This document shows, one piece after another, positions 40,831-55,483 of a stretch of 64,000 nt of DNA; the stretch's first letter is position 1; every line of letters begins with the position of its first letter. Under the pieces are notes generated by a model. The model saw nothing but the letters and a program-made list of their open reading frames with translations, did no database searches and was not told the DNA's origin. A program made the position numbers and the translations under genes. The DNA comes from Eledone cirrhosa. Lineage: Eukaryota. Where the stretch lies: the NCBI GenBank assembly GCA_964016885.1, contig OZ024743.1, positions 229,090,001-229,154,000 on the forward strand, given 5' to 3'.

Positions 40831-41612
40831 TGTTAATGATAATGTTGCAGTGAAAAAGCACGAGTGGTGGTGGTGGTAGAGTGAAATAAGGCAATATCAT
40901 AGTAGAATAGTAGTAGTAGTAGTGATATAACGGTGATATCTTAGTGGAACAGTGATCATAGTAGTGATATGAGTAGCAATAATGATAAAAATAAATGTTT
41001 ATTCAACATTTTGAAATTCATTTTTTTTATCTGCTACTACAGCAACACTTTTCAGTCTTCTTAACAATAACAATTGTTTTTCTTTTACAACCACACATAC
41101 ACATACATACATGTGTGTGTGTATTGGTGTGCGTGTGTATAGATGTATATCTATATATATGATATATATATATATAGTTAGAGGATAGCAGATGATATGA
41201 GAGAGTAAAACGGACAGTATCACCATCAAGCTTGGAAAAAGAAAGTAGCAGAAAGTATGAAGTTGTATAGATTTTGAATGGTAGTGGAAAGAGTTTAGCA
41301 GTTTAAATAACAGAGAAAAATAGTAAAATATTGAGTTTTATCTATTTTTTGCATAATTGTGCGTGAAATTGAAAAAATTATCTGTGCCAAGACGCAGTCG
41401 AAGCTATTTCAAATACTGAATTGTAAATTTCAATTGAAGAAATTCTATATCGTAGATTTCTTTAAGAAAGGAATATGACCACACACTGAGCTTTATAGAT
41501 TATGATACACATATCATATCATATATATATATACATCAATACACACACACACACGCACATCATCATTATCATCATCATTTTACATCCGCTTTTTCCTGCT
41601 TGCAAGGGTGGG

Positions 41613-41662
<50 letters not shown>

Positions 41663-41942
41663 ATGATCTACTTGATAAAAGCACCCAGTACACATCATAA
41701 AGTGGTTGCTATTAGGAAAAGCATCCATCTCTAGGAAGCGTGTCAAACAAGGGGTTGGGAGGACCCTTCAGTTTGTGTCAAATTATATGACAACCTCTCC
41801 TGTGCACTTGATAGAACATATGACCATATGTATGTGGGGTTTAGACCTTCCACCTGACCTATCTGGGAGGTCAGTAGCTGATGTGGTCTGTATAGACCCA
41901 TCCAACCCTTGCTACCAGGGAAAGCAGACATTAAACAATAAT

Positions 41943-42120
41943 TGTTTCTACTTTAGGCACAAGGCCAGCAATTACCCAGTGCATTACTGGTACTTTATTT
42001 TATCGACCCCGTAAGGATGAATGGCAAAGTCAACCTCGGCGGGATTTGAACACAGATCATAAAGGGACGTAACTATGCTGGAAAGCATGGCGTCCGACAC
42101 TCTACCGATACTGCCAATCC
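41943..42120 (-). mobile_element. tRNA-derived SINE (family 1) with TSD AAACAATAAT
   Basis: Nearly identical to 17564-17744; TSD at 41933-41942 and 42121-42130; inserted into the tail of an old RTE 3' end. Confidence 0.9.
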
Positions 42121-42456
42121 AAACAATAATGATGATTATATATATTCATATATACATTATATACATACATATATATATACATTATACACACATTCATATA
42201 TATAATTTTGATATTGATGACAAAAAAATTGAATTCATTTTCTGATGTGACAATCATCATCTCATCACCAACACCATTAATATTGTTGTCATCATTTTTA
42301 AGCTTATTAAAATATTTTCTCTTCAGTAAACAAAATAGAAATACACTTCCACTATGTACTTTGACATAACAATTTCACTAGAAAACTTTTCTAATACAAA
42401 CCATTCTGTGTGTATGTATATACATGTGTGTCTGTATGTCCCCCGTCTCTTTCTCC

Positions 42457-42487
<31 letters not shown>

Positions 42488-42558
42488 TGTATGTATGTAT
42501 GTATGTATGTATGTATGTATGTGTGTGTGTATGTGTGTGTGTGTATGTGCGTGTGCGT

Positions 42559-42591
<33 letters not shown>

Positions 42592-43024
42592 AATTGAATA
42601 TATATATATATGTATCCATATGTGACAGCTGAGAGAAAAGTGTACTGAATACCTAAATAGCGTTTTAATTTCTATTTCATTAAGGCTAATTAGTGAGTCT
42701 TGTTACTCTGGAGTTTCGCCTGTTTATCACAAGTTAATCTTACAAGAACTGTCTGATGGCCCTGTGATAAAGGGGTGAAACTCTAGAATAACAAGACACT
42801 ATTTAGCCGTAATAAAATGAATGTATGTATGTATTGTCATCATCATCGTTTAACATACATTTTCCATGCTTGCCTGGGTTAAATGGAGCCCATGTCATGC
42901 ACATATAGATCTGTATTTTGGCATGGTTTCTATGGCTAGATGCCCTTCCTAACATCAACCATATTACAGTGGTGACTGGGTTCATTTTATATGTGTATAT
43001 ACGAATAAATATGTATATATTGAG

Positions 43025-43088
43025 ACATGTATATATATACACACACATATATATATATACACACACACACATATATATATATATACAC

Positions 43089-43153
<65 letters not shown>

Positions 43154-43264
43154 TATATACACACACACATATATATATATATACACACACACATATATAC
43201 ACACACACATATATATATATATACACACACACACACATATACATATATATACATATACATACAT

Positions 43265-43305
<41 letters not shown>

Positions 43306-43455
43306 TATATATATACATATACATATATATATACATATACATATATATATATACATATATATACACATATATACATATACATATATATATACATATATAC
43401 ATATACATATATATATACATATATATATACATATATATACACATATATATACATA
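43025..43455. repeat. Compound (CA)n/(TA)n microsatellite
   Basis: Directly visible. Confidence 0.95.
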
Positions 43456-43538
43456 TCATCATCATTTTACGTCCGCTTTTCCCTGCTTGCAAGGGTTGGA
43501 CGGGTCCTGTTCAGCACAGCATCCCTCCACTTGTCACA
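43456..43538 (-). mobile_element. Very short RTE 3' terminal fragment (third variant)
   Basis: Reverse complement reads CCCGTCCAACCCTTGCAAGCAGGGAAAAGCGGACGTAAAATGATGATG; a related shorter copy lies at ~41560-41615. Confidence 0.75.
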
Positions 43539-44354
43539 ACATATATATATATATATACACAACATATAATCTACATACGCATGCAGCATATACTTAGAAA
43601 ATTTTTAGTTGAAAACAAAAATAGCTTAGGATTCTCCCTCATCTTTCTTCATGTTTTATGAGCTTGCACTCAAAGACTTTCAAAACACTTTTACATTACA
43701 TTACTAAATAAACGAAATTTCAACAATGAAAAAAAAATTTCAAAAATGCCATTGTTTTCTCAAGGTGAATATTTATGATTAAAGTGAAAAAATACTTAAA
43801 AAAAAACAAAAAAAAACAATAACAGCCACCACAACACAAATAAGAATTGGAACCATCTATAGTTGTTCAGTGGAAAATTGCAGTAACAGACAGAGCTAAC
43901 CAGAGTAGAATATTACAGACATTCTCATCAAGCTTGATTCCATGACCAGATTTTTAGGATAAGAAGAGACTGTGTCATTGTCAAGATTTCTTTCACATTT
44001 ACTATTTCAAATTATATTTTTATTATTGTATTTTATTTGTGTTAGGAGAAATTTTTTCCGATTTTCTCATTTCTCTATTAATTCCTATTCCATATTTATT
44101 ATCTTGCCGCTATGCTTTAAGTTTGCCCTCAGGTCATCTCCTAAAGCAACATACCAATAGAATTTGTCAGACAAGATGTTATCATGGTGGAGAAAAAAGG
44201 GAAAAAGAAAAAAACAAAGTACTTTTATCATTTCTTACAAAATTTCTAATATTATCAGGTCACCCACAGAACAGCTGCTGCCATTACTCTCTCTCTCTCA
44301 CCTAACTTATTATAGTTTTTTTTTTTCTCTTTTGGTCTTCTTTGCAGTACTTCC

Positions 44355-44670
44355 AGGAGGCACATTTAATTAGAGGTTGACAGCCTAAAAGAAATAGGCA
44401 ATACCTCTTCCCTGAAAGTGCACAGGAAGCACATTTAATAAAGGTTGACAGTCTAACAGCCATGGGCACACCTCTTCCTCTAAAAAAAAAAATATTACAG
44501 AAGATAACGTTTAATAAACGTTGACAGCCTAACAGCCATGAGCAAAATTCTCTCTTTCCTCAAAAGAGAACAAGAGTGCATGTTTCATAAAGGATTGGCC
44601 TCCTAACAGCTTTGGGGACATATCTTCAAAAGGCTCAAGAGACATGTTTAATAAGGGTCGACAGACAAGC
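44355..44670. repeat. Degenerate ~70-bp tandem repeat (5 units)
   Basis: AG.AG..CA.ATTTAAT...GGTTGACAG.CTAACAGC.ATG.GC...CTCTTCC recurs at ~44355, 44423, 44499, 44572 and 44637. Confidence 0.8.
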
Positions 44671-44915
44671 TGTTATGTGCAGATCTCTTATAAATAGCAG
44701 CATAAAACAACAAGAATCAATCTATTATAATACAGATATCAATTGACAATGAATGGGGAGATGACATACACAATGATAAAAGAATTATGCATGGAAAGCA
44801 TTAAAAAATGAAAAATATACAAATAGCTGGAAAAAAAAGTTACCATCTTTCTCCAGGCTGTGGAAGATGCTATTTTCTTTCTCAAAGGTAAATTTGGAAA
44901 ATTTGGAGGCCAATG

Positions 44916-44997
44916 GTTACCTCAGTTGTAGGCTTCAGCTTTTTGCTTTTAAAATTGTTACCTCAGTTGTAGGCTTCAGCTTTTTGCTTTTAAAATT
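44916..44997. repeat. Perfect 41-bp tandem duplication
   Basis: GTTACCTCAGTTGTAGGCTTCAGCTTTTTGCTTTTAAAATT at 44916 and 44957. Confidence 0.95.
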
Positions 44998-45471
44998 TAT
45001 CAGCTCATAAGAGTGAGACCAAGACATCAGAACATCTTTGATGCCAAGAAATAGAATGCAAAGAAGATGACTATATCAACATTTCATTCCTATTTATTCA
45101 GCCATAAATCATTTTGCCATTAGATTCTTGTTCTTGAAAGTTTTATTTACGTTGACCAGATTCTAAATATTAAGAGAATTATTTGAATTTTAGGTACCAC
45201 CACTTAAAAAACTATGCCTCTTTTCAAACCAATCATTTTACATTGTGTTCTTGAGCAAGATTCTTCATTCCACAATGCTTTTTGTGATATGACTGACAGT
45301 CTATCATCAAAACGCCAAGAAGCCTTCTATGAAATGCAACCTTCTATGAGGCCAGCCTAACATGCATAAACCTTCACAGGTTTAATCTGTAACAATACTA
45401 TAATCATTGTCCTTACAAATTCGTACCAGTAGTAATTTATTTTTGTTCCATTATCTTCAACTTTCCAAGAC

Positions 45472-45790
45472 TGGTGAATTGGTAGAATTAGAAGAGCATC
45501 AGACGAAATGCCATTGTGATATTTGCTCTGGCATTTCACCTTTTCATTCCAAGTTCAAATCCTGCCTAGATCAACTTTGTCTTATAACCTTCTGGAGTTG
45601 ATAAAATAAAGTATCAGGTTAGTAATCAATATTTTTTGGTTCTTTAGGTTCTGAGTCCAAATCCCTCCATGGTCAACTTACCCTTTCATCCTTCCAGCAT
45701 TGATAAACAGTACCAGTCTTGTGCTGGTATGTCAATCTAATTGACTTATCCTTCCTCTAATTTGCTGGTCTTGCCCCTAAATTAGAAACC
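45472..45790 (+). mobile_element. Two adjacent old SINE family-1 segments
   Basis: TGGTGAATTGGTAG..AAGTTCAAATCC..GATAAAATAAAGTA followed by a second GAGTCCAAATCC..CTTTCATCCTT..GCTGGTCTTG. Confidence 0.65.
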
Positions 45791-46242
45791 ATAGCTTATA
45801 ACCTCACTGTCATAATTCACTTGTGCTCAGCCATACTGATAACTTGGAACTGGGTATATTAGTCAATTAGAAATATATTTGTACATTCTTTACTGTTTAT
45901 CAAGGGCATATGGCATAAATAAAAATTCCAAATAGAAATTTAAAGGTAAAACCTTGGCTCCGACAAAGTATAAGTAAATTAGTTTAATACTTTTGATATT
46001 AACCTACCTAGCTTTAGTTTTATGATACAAAACAACTGTATGTTAAAAGGTTTATATATATCTAAAATCTTAACATTATGATTTCTTTAAGAACCTTTGT
46101 TTGGTTATAACCCAAACACCAGTTTAATAATGTGAATGTTAGTTATACCACTGTTTTCAAATCCTTAATTATTATGAGAGGCAGTGTCTTTCATTAGAAA
46201 AATGGTAAAGACAAGGGTTAACTACTAGAGATTTAGGTGTTG

Positions 46243-46420
<178 letters not shown>

Positions 46421-47807
46421 TATGTGAGTGTGCATATAAAGCTATAAATTTAGAAGAGCATAATGAAACTAAAAAAAAGAGAGCAAACTTTAGTATCAAT
46501 TTGTTACACTGAATAACTTACACCTATTTGGGAATGAATCTGATACAATAAATAAATAAATAAATAAGAAAGAAGGTAACAAAAGTTAGAGAGAGAGAGA
46601 GAGAGAACGAAAGAGAGAGCGAAGAGAGGGAGCATTTTGTTAGTGCTATTCCTATTGGAATAACATTTAGGTTTAGTGTGAAATAGATCCAAAGAAAGAA
46701 ATAATAAAAATAAAAAAAACGAAAAATATTTGAAATTGCAAAAAGCTGTGTAGGGTTCAAAAAGCTATTGAAACTGGGAATATGAGAAGCCTTTTTCAGT
46801 AAGTATTGCTGCCAACTGGTAATTATGTAAAGGGGGAAATCTACACATCATTAACATGAGACTCTATGGTAAGAGAAGGAGGTGGAATAGAAGAAGATAA
46901 TGCACTGAAGTATGCAAACGACTAAATATTGGCCAACAATGTCCACATGCAGATTGGCCATGTCACAGCCATCTGCCCAGTCTATTAATGGCAACTCAAC
47001 ACACATGTCAGATATAGTAGCATTCCACTTTCGCTTAAAGTTCCCCCTAGTATGCTCCTGCTTCTCAACTGGAAATTGAAAGGAAACGGGAGGAAAATGA
47101 TAATGTAATGGGGTGTATGGTGGCATAGTGTCAGATATAGTTGCCGGCAGAGATAAGGGTGAGAAATGGTGTAATAATAATAATGATAATAATAATAGTG
47201 GTGATGATGATGATAACAGCAAAAACAAGAGTATTATTAATAATACTAATAATAATTTCATTTATTGGCCACAAGGCCCAGGACATTGGGGACAATACAA
47301 GGATAAAGGCAATAACATAAAGTGGAATTTTCATCAAGGAAAGGGGTCATCACTGAAGTGAAAACAGTAGGAATAACAATAATATTGTAATATATATATA
47401 AAAGTAATAAAGAAAACTATGACAAATCTCAACAGTAATAAATTCTGATAATAATAATAATTTCATTTATTTGCCACAAGAGCACCAGATGAATGGAATA
47501 TTACAAGGACAAGTTGTATAGAGTCTGGGGACTTTATAAAGATCAGATGATTGTGAAATAATAAGATATATAAATATCATCATCAGTTTATATTTCTTCC
47601 ATGCATGCAATATACATAGAATACATGATGGGACAGCTTAATAGCATGGCAAAGGATTGTATAATGATGGTGATGATGATGATGAAAAGAAGAAAAAGAA
47701 AAGTAAAAGAAAAAAGACTATGAAAAAGAAGATGAAAATGAAGAAGAAAAATGCAGGGATTATAACAATAACATCCATAAATACATATATATAGTGTATG
47801 GAATTAT

Positions 47808-47844
<37 letters not shown>

Positions 47845-50800
47845 AAAGAAAATTAAAGAAGAAAAAATGTAAAATATGTCTCAACAAAACAGCTTGTCTG
47901 CTACACCTTCCATCAGCAGATAGATTGTATAAAGAATGGATACCTTTGTGTACCAGTAATGGAATCGTTGCTAACAATATTTATTTTTTTTGTATGTGTT
48001 TAAAATGTTATATTGTAGACACCCTTAGGGGTTGGTTGATATAGTCAGTCATCCAGGTTTCCAGTGGAATAATACTGCAGGAACATCATGTTAAATTGTA
48101 ATGAGTTAAATTATTTTAAATAAAAGGTTTCCTTAGTAGCCATTAAGTTGCTTCACATTATTCTTGCTGATTTTGTTTTTGCCACTACTACTACAACTAT
48201 TGTTATTATTATTAGCATCCTCCTTATTGTTATTATTATTATTCATACAATTTATGTATTTGCTTTTTAACCATCATTTCTGCAATGGGAAGTGGAAAAC
48301 AATGTCCAGTAGGAAAGGAATGTGAGATATAAAAATGTTAAAATAAAAACACATTAAAAGAAAGTTAAAAATATATATTCAAGATTCAAGCCTGGAGTAT
48401 TCTAAAGAAATCTTCATTTTTTTAGAAATTTTTTTTTCATTCTTTTATTTATTATTTTTATCTATTTATTTATTTTATTGGATTGGGGTGGTATTGTAAA
48501 TAAATAAATAAAAATGGAGATAAAAAATATTGAAGAACTATTATAGTTTTCTTTTGGCAATTTCCCTTGCATTTTAATCAAAATGCAATAAAAAAAAAAG
48601 TGTTGACCAATTATTAAAACACGTGGAATAAATAGAATACAATAAATAGAATAAAAAGCAAACCTAGAATATTTTATTATATTTATTTATTCGATGTGTA
48701 AAGGAAAGTCTCCATAAGGATTCTTCTTGTATAATGGCAGTAGATTTTGATCATCTATGAATTGTGTTAGTTTGGTGACAGTGAAGACAACAATGCAATG
48801 TCTTCAGCAACTGGAAGCTCTTTTGTCAATGCTACTTTGGTAAGTATTAAAAAGTTTAACCCTTTCGTTGCCATATTTTTAATGAGACACTGCATTTTAA
48901 TTAACTAAGGATTAAATTTGGATGGATTTACTAAATTTATGCCAATACATTGTAAAGTGTTGTTGCAGCAATAAAAATGCACCCAGTATACTCTGCAAAA
49001 TGGTTAACATTAGGAAAGGCATTCAGCGGTAGAAATCATGCCAAAATATGACACATGTGAGCAAAATGGATTCCCCAACTAGTCTAGTCTTAGACTGTGA
49101 TAACCAGTACAACCACTGCTAGCAAGGAAAAAACAAGCTGATGAGCACTTATCACCATATATTAAATATGCAATGGTATCCTAGTTGTCTAGTATACAGC
49201 AACATGCATGATTCAATCCCTATAGGTGGCTCTGCTTGCCCCTTTTCATTTTCAGGAGTTATTTACTTGTCTAATTCAACTATTTTATAGTTAAACTGTA
49301 TTGTGGAGGCTTTTCAAAAAAGCAAACATACTTTTTAATATATGATATATTTATTTTATTGATGAGCTCAACAAATAACAAATAAGACTCAAATACATAA
49401 TCCTCTTGCAGGGCACCATGCTGCAAAGTTACCATCAGCAAAATAGAATATTTACTTCAATAAAAGAAAATAATAATAATAAAATGAGCTTGTCAGATAA
49501 CTTTCTGGAGAAAATCAAACTTAAACATGACAAATTGTCAATCAAATAGAGAACTATATCTTTCCTTATTTTTACAAGGAGCATATGAAGAGATTTGGCT
49601 ATTTTCCATGTATAATGTCATATAGCTATACTAGCATAACAAAATATAAAGTCAGAAATATAAAAATGCACATAAAATGTTAATGTATAGTTAATAGTTC
49701 TCTAGAAATTATTAATATAGCAGCATACATGTGACTTCTCATTAATGGTAAAAACAAAAATTATATGGTGAAAAAAACTTTGTTCAGTTTTAATCATAAT
49801 CCACAAATGCCATTTCTGCAACTAATGGGTTTAATTTAAAATTAATTATAGTAATTAATTCTAATTAGAATGCCATTGTAAATTGTGTTAACTTTTAGAG
49901 CTACATCAATGAAGAAAGCTTGTTCAATCTCTGTTGGCAGATTTTATGCTCAAAACATATATATAATGTCATTATCATCAATTTTATATTTGCTTTCCGT
50001 GCTGGTATGGGTTGGAAGAGCTGTCATGGTCTGAGTTAGTTCATATTTGGAATTACTGCCCTCCTAGTTGTATTGGAGAACCATGTCTTGCTTGTACATA
50101 TACTTTTTGGCATTGTTACTGTGCTGGATGGACATTCTAACACCAATCATTTTACTGGATGCATCTTATGGTATCAGCTTTAGAGAATGCTGTCAAATGT
50201 CTTCTCCACACTATATTGTTCATTTGTCACTATATGTTCATTCATCATCTACTTTACATAATATACTGAGTGCAGTATTGTGGAACTAACAATAACGAGG
50301 CCTTGTCTCCTATAGGAGTAATGATTCCTGTTTACTCTTCATCATTTCAATTTATTCAAAGCAAATGCAATTGAGAGGGTGAATAGAAAATATATGACCA
50401 AGACAGTGAAAGATGAAAGAGTATAAGTATGTGATTGGAGAAACAAAATGATAATTGAAACAGAATGGTAAGGAAGAGAGTAATGTCAGACAAATTGTAG
50501 ATTATACATGTTAGTTGGTAAGAAGACTGAATATGAAAACAACATGCATGGTACAAGAGGACATCAATAAAGATGAATGATGGTAAAAAACGATTGAGCT
50601 ATGGACAATGCGAGGTAGGAGGGAGTAACTTGTCAAGGGTGAGTGAGAGAGAGTGATGGAAGAGAGATCGAGTGAAAGATTAGCAAACTTAAACTATAGT
50701 AGTATCAAAACTATACGCTATCAACTTCTGTCTCTCATAGCTACAACAGCAATATCTATTTTGTTATCAAATATCGTGTTGACATGTGATGGATACATGC

Positions 50801-51234
50801 CAACCCTATAAAAGGTACATCTATATATTTGACTCCCAGGTAATTATGTAGTCACTTTGAGCCTAGATTACATTTGGTATCATTCCAAATTATCACAATA
50901 TATGGGGGTAAAGCAGAACAGCTGAAAACTGTATCACTTTGTAGTCCAAACACCTGCAACAGATTTGTGGCTTGTTAGTACTATTCTGTGCCAATATTGG
51001 AGGAGTAATGTAAATCATGTTTGCATGTTGGTTTTTTTGTAGATATAGTATCAACATACTATATAAAATCCTTGTTTGACCACTTCAGACTTGCATCTTA
51101 AAGATCGGCACTTCAAAATACCAGTCTTTCTGTTCTAATTTTAGACAGTAGACATTTTGATTGTTCCTAAAAGTACATTTAAAAAAGAAAAATCATCAGA
51201 ATATATTAGCCATGTGCTGGATTTCCATCAGTAA

Positions 51235-51512
51235 GAAAAATTGTTTCAGTTAATACAATCAATGAAACAGCCTGCTCATAAAATTAACATGTAAGTGACT
51301 GAGCATTTCAATCTACAGAGATTTAGAATGACATTGTGTAACAAGGCTGATTCTTTGAATTATAATACATGTACAACTTATTTTTGCCAGCTGAATGGAG
51401 AGGAGCAATGTGGAATAATATATCTTGCTCATGAATGCAATGAACAGTCAGGAATTGAACTTAAAACCTTACAACCATGAGGTGAATACCTTAACCATTA
51501 AGCCACATACCT
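51235..51512 (-). mobile_element. tRNA-derived SINE (family 2)
   Basis: TTTTGCCAGCTGAATGGA, TCTTGCTCA, GGAATTGAAC and TAACCATTAAGCCAC are reverse complements of family-2 motifs. Confidence 0.7.
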
Positions 51513-52649
51513 TTACATATTAGCCATACATTGTAGCTGCGAAACTTCACTGGTTTGGGCAAACAATAGAATATTGCTTTAAATGATGCTAGGTCAATTA
51601 TATTTATATTTCCCATGAAACTTCCCAATACATTGAGAAGCTAGCTTAATTGGAAACTATGAAAGTTCTCACAAATCTGACATGCAATACATATCTTATT
51701 GCTTCAATGAACTTCAGCTTCCTATCATGTTCTTCCTTCAGGTTTATATGGCAAGATAACTCTCACCTTGCTTGTTAGATTCCTAATAGGAATTTAAGCT
51801 TTTCAAAACTCAAATCAATAAGCTGACAATAGGTGGTTCAATTATCAGTTAAGCCTAAGGCTACAGGTCGGCCAATCCACCACAAAGTATCATTTCCTAT
51901 CATCATCATCATTCGTGATGATGAGGTATAAGAATTTCTATGTATAAGAAATAATTTCCCCATTCTTTACTTGATTGTAGAAAGGCAATGTTAGGTAAGC
52001 TATAATGTTTTTAAAAATAACTTTTATCTTTTCAGAGATGATATCTTGTATGTCCACACACATAAATACATCATTAATGTCTAATTCACAGTACATTTCA
52101 GGAGGAAAAATTATTGAGCAAACATAACCAACTATCAGTTGCTACTTGTGATAAATTTCACAGCAAGAAATATTTTGAATGAAATACACTTACTGAAACA
52201 ATAATGTATACACGAGAGAGGAACTGCACATGTTCATGCAAAGATCTGTATATATGTGTTTGTTTGTGTGTGGATGTGTGTGCATGTACGATATATGTTT
52301 ATTCCATATATACACTTGCCAATATTTGTTTTGGTTAAGTAGTTATTGCTAAGCAAATATTTTAGATATCAATTATTAAGTTTTCTGTAAAGTATTCCCC
52401 AAACGACCATAGAGTTTCATTCTGAAATAAAATTAACCAACCACACAACTTAGCTTTTATACCAACTACTAGTGGAAAAGGAGAATTGTTTTACTGTATA
52501 GCCTGAGTACCTTTTCAAAATAATTCAGAAACCAAATGTTATGCCTTAGGCTTTGGACTTGCAATCTACATTACAAATTTACAATAACCCTTTCAAGATT
52601 TTCAATTAATTTGAAAAATAAGAATTTGGAGAGATTCAGTAATAATTCT

Positions 52650-52992
52650 TTTATGAGTTTCTGCCATTAAACTAAGGTCATGCTGGGGCAGTGCCTTAAT
52701 TTAGTTGTTCATATCAACCACAGTAATTATTTTTCAAGTCTAGTACCTATTTCATTAAACCCTTTTCCTTGAACTGCTTTGTTATGAGACAAATGCAGAC
52801 ACACACACATATAATTATGTATGCATATGGTGGGCTTCTGCAATTTTTATCTACCAAATTCCATTCATAAGTCATTAGTCAACTCAAAGCTATAGTAGAT
52901 GACACTTAACCAATGTGTTACTCAGCAGGACTGGACCTAGAACCACATAGCTGCAAAGCAAACTCCTTAACCACACAGCCATGTCTACACCT
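52650..52992 (-). mobile_element. tRNA-derived SINE (family 3)
   Basis: CTACCAAATTCCA, GCTATAGTAGATGACACTT and CTTAACCACACAGCCATG; similar older copy at ~21050-21358. Confidence 0.6.
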
Positions 52993-53867
52993 AACTTTCA
53001 TATTATCAAGCTAGTGTTTTGCACAAAAGTTTCTATAGAAAATGATGATGGAAAGTTTAATAATTTCATTTTTTTAATGAAGACAGTGCTCAGGAATTTC
53101 AATTAATTTTTGAAAATAATGAAGAATTTGTAGGCATTTATCATTATGTAGCTGGTACTTGGAACTTAGCTTAACAAAGAGTCTTAGATAAAACTAAAGT
53201 TTTTAGATAATTATAAACTTTAAACAGAAAAAATTTCATTTTGTAAAACAAGAAAACACAGGTACTGTGTTTGTCGATCTATCCCTGACGGAGTTTGTTT
53301 TATTTCCTGATCACCAATCATAGGAAATCAAACAAATAAACAATTACAAATAAAGTATTTTTGTTTTATTTTATGTATTTTTAGCAATGTTTTAAATTAG
53401 TAAAACAGTTTTACACATGAAAATAAAAATTATTTTTGCGAGGAAAATAGTAAAAGGTGAATAAGTACAGTGATTTTTGTATTCTGAAATAAAAAAAAAA
53501 AGCTAATAGCTATAATTAAACATTTAGTGATCTCCAGAGATAGAGAAATTCAAGATATTGATAACATAGGATAAACAGTTCATTTAAGTAGTGATCTATT
53601 ATTTTCCAACAAGTTTTGTCCAAATGTCTGTCAAATAGCTTTATCAACTTGGTTCTCCTTTTATAAATGCCATTACTATACAATACATGTCACATTTAAC
53701 CCCTTCCTTACCATGTTTCTAATGAAAGATACTGGATATAATCTTCAAATCACTTTGAAAATAATAAAAATAATAATATAACTAACTTTCCTATTAAGAT
53801 TGTGTTTTTAACATAACGGGGGATCTTATATAACATTACAGCCAGGTTAACAGCAAATATTAGTCAA

Positions 53868-54103
53868 CAGTGGTTTTCAAGGTTTTCACTACTAAGGACC
53901 CCCTTTTATTTAAATAAATTTACCCTATGGTGTCACACCTAAAATTATCACTTCCCAGATATTTACAGGTAAGAATAATCATCAATAGGGAGAAATATTT
54001 ATATTTAGAGAAGAATGGATACCCAGTAGCCTGTTAAAATTTTGATCTTCTGTACTACCTTTGTGAACCATTAGGGGTCCACAGATCCCAGGTATAGAAC
54101 ATA
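53868..54103. mobile_element. Old hAT/Charlie-like MITE
   Basis: Starts CAGTGGTTTTCAA; ACTA..AAGGACC and GAGAAGAATGGATACC shared with the 14696 copy. Confidence 0.55.
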
Positions 54104-55483
54104 AAGATAAAAGATGAGATTAACAGACTAAGAAATTTAAAGTTCAAATAATAACTAATCTTAAGAATATATATGTGTAATCATGATTTAATAATGTGGT
54201 GGTAACCACCATATGTGTGATGGCAAGTGTGTGTGATTATATATGTGTGTGTGTCACTGTGGTTATGTATGTATATGTGACTGTGTGTGTAAATGTATAT
54301 AGTTTATTGGGAAACAGACCTTTCACTGAAGATGAGTTTGGCGCCTAGCAGCCCAATGTGTCCTTAAGCAAGACACTTTATTGCATGTACACTCAGCTGG
54401 CAGAAATTAATTGCACTTGTTATTCAATGAGCTGGCACTGTTACACACTCTCATGCTGAATCTCCCTGAGAATTATGTAAAAACGTACTCATGTTTGTGG
54501 AATGTTCAGTTACTTACTTGCCTCTTAATTTCATAAGCTGGCTGTTTGTTGTTGAAACAGCTGAAAAACTTGCCACTGGAATCGATGAAGATCCAACACA
54601 CACAATATATAGATCTATTTCTTATATTCCAAAATCAGTTATGAAATACTATTCTATGATATGCAAATGAGAACAAAGATGAAAATTGTGTAAACCTTCA
54701 AGAATAATTTTAGTCTATTATTATCAGCCATATGGGTCATACTTAAGGTCAGACGAAAATGCGTGTCATTTACAATTCATAGCTAAAAATGACGTTTACG
54801 TCAAATAAATCTGCCATTCTTGCATGTGTTCAATATGCATGTAGCACAGCAGCCTATGATCAGTTGATCGTTCTGCTTCTTTTCCTAGAATTCTGTCCAA
54901 TGACCATTTGGATATATTATACAGTCAGTCATGTGGTCAGAAATTATAACTTATCAAAGGCAAGAAAAATAAAATGATTCTCAAACAAAGACAAAATTCA
55001 ATTTAAGAAGCCTGCACAATAACAGGCTGTGTCTATATAGTTATAAACCATAAATATCATTACTTGTGTAGGTGGTAAATGAAGATTAAATTTGAGTGTA
55101 TGACAATTTACAAACACTGGCTGACTAAAATGTATGTCTGGGATAGGATGATCATACTTGGGATGTATAGTGGATTAGTGCTGACCTGTGGTTAAACAAC
55201 AGTAACAATAACAACTACAAGAAAATCGTGTAAAATTAAAACACAGCAGTTCCCTTATATTTGTTGGAACTAAAAGTACATAATAGTCCTCTCTCAACCT
55301 GAAAGCATTTCATTTATATGATAATAACATTCACTATAATTGCATAATATAAACTTGCTGATTATTTCTCTGGTAACAAATATACATTTTGCAAAGAAAA
55401 TGATATTGTAAAAGCATAACTGTAGCTCTAATTTATGATCCAGAGAAATATTTTTGGAATATATATATATATATATATATATG

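Noticed and set aside
47889-47928. 14-bp hairpin ACAGCTTGTCTGCT/AGCAGATAGATTGT as a pre-miRNA
   Set aside because: Stem is too short and wobble-rich for a miRNA precursor; no other support.
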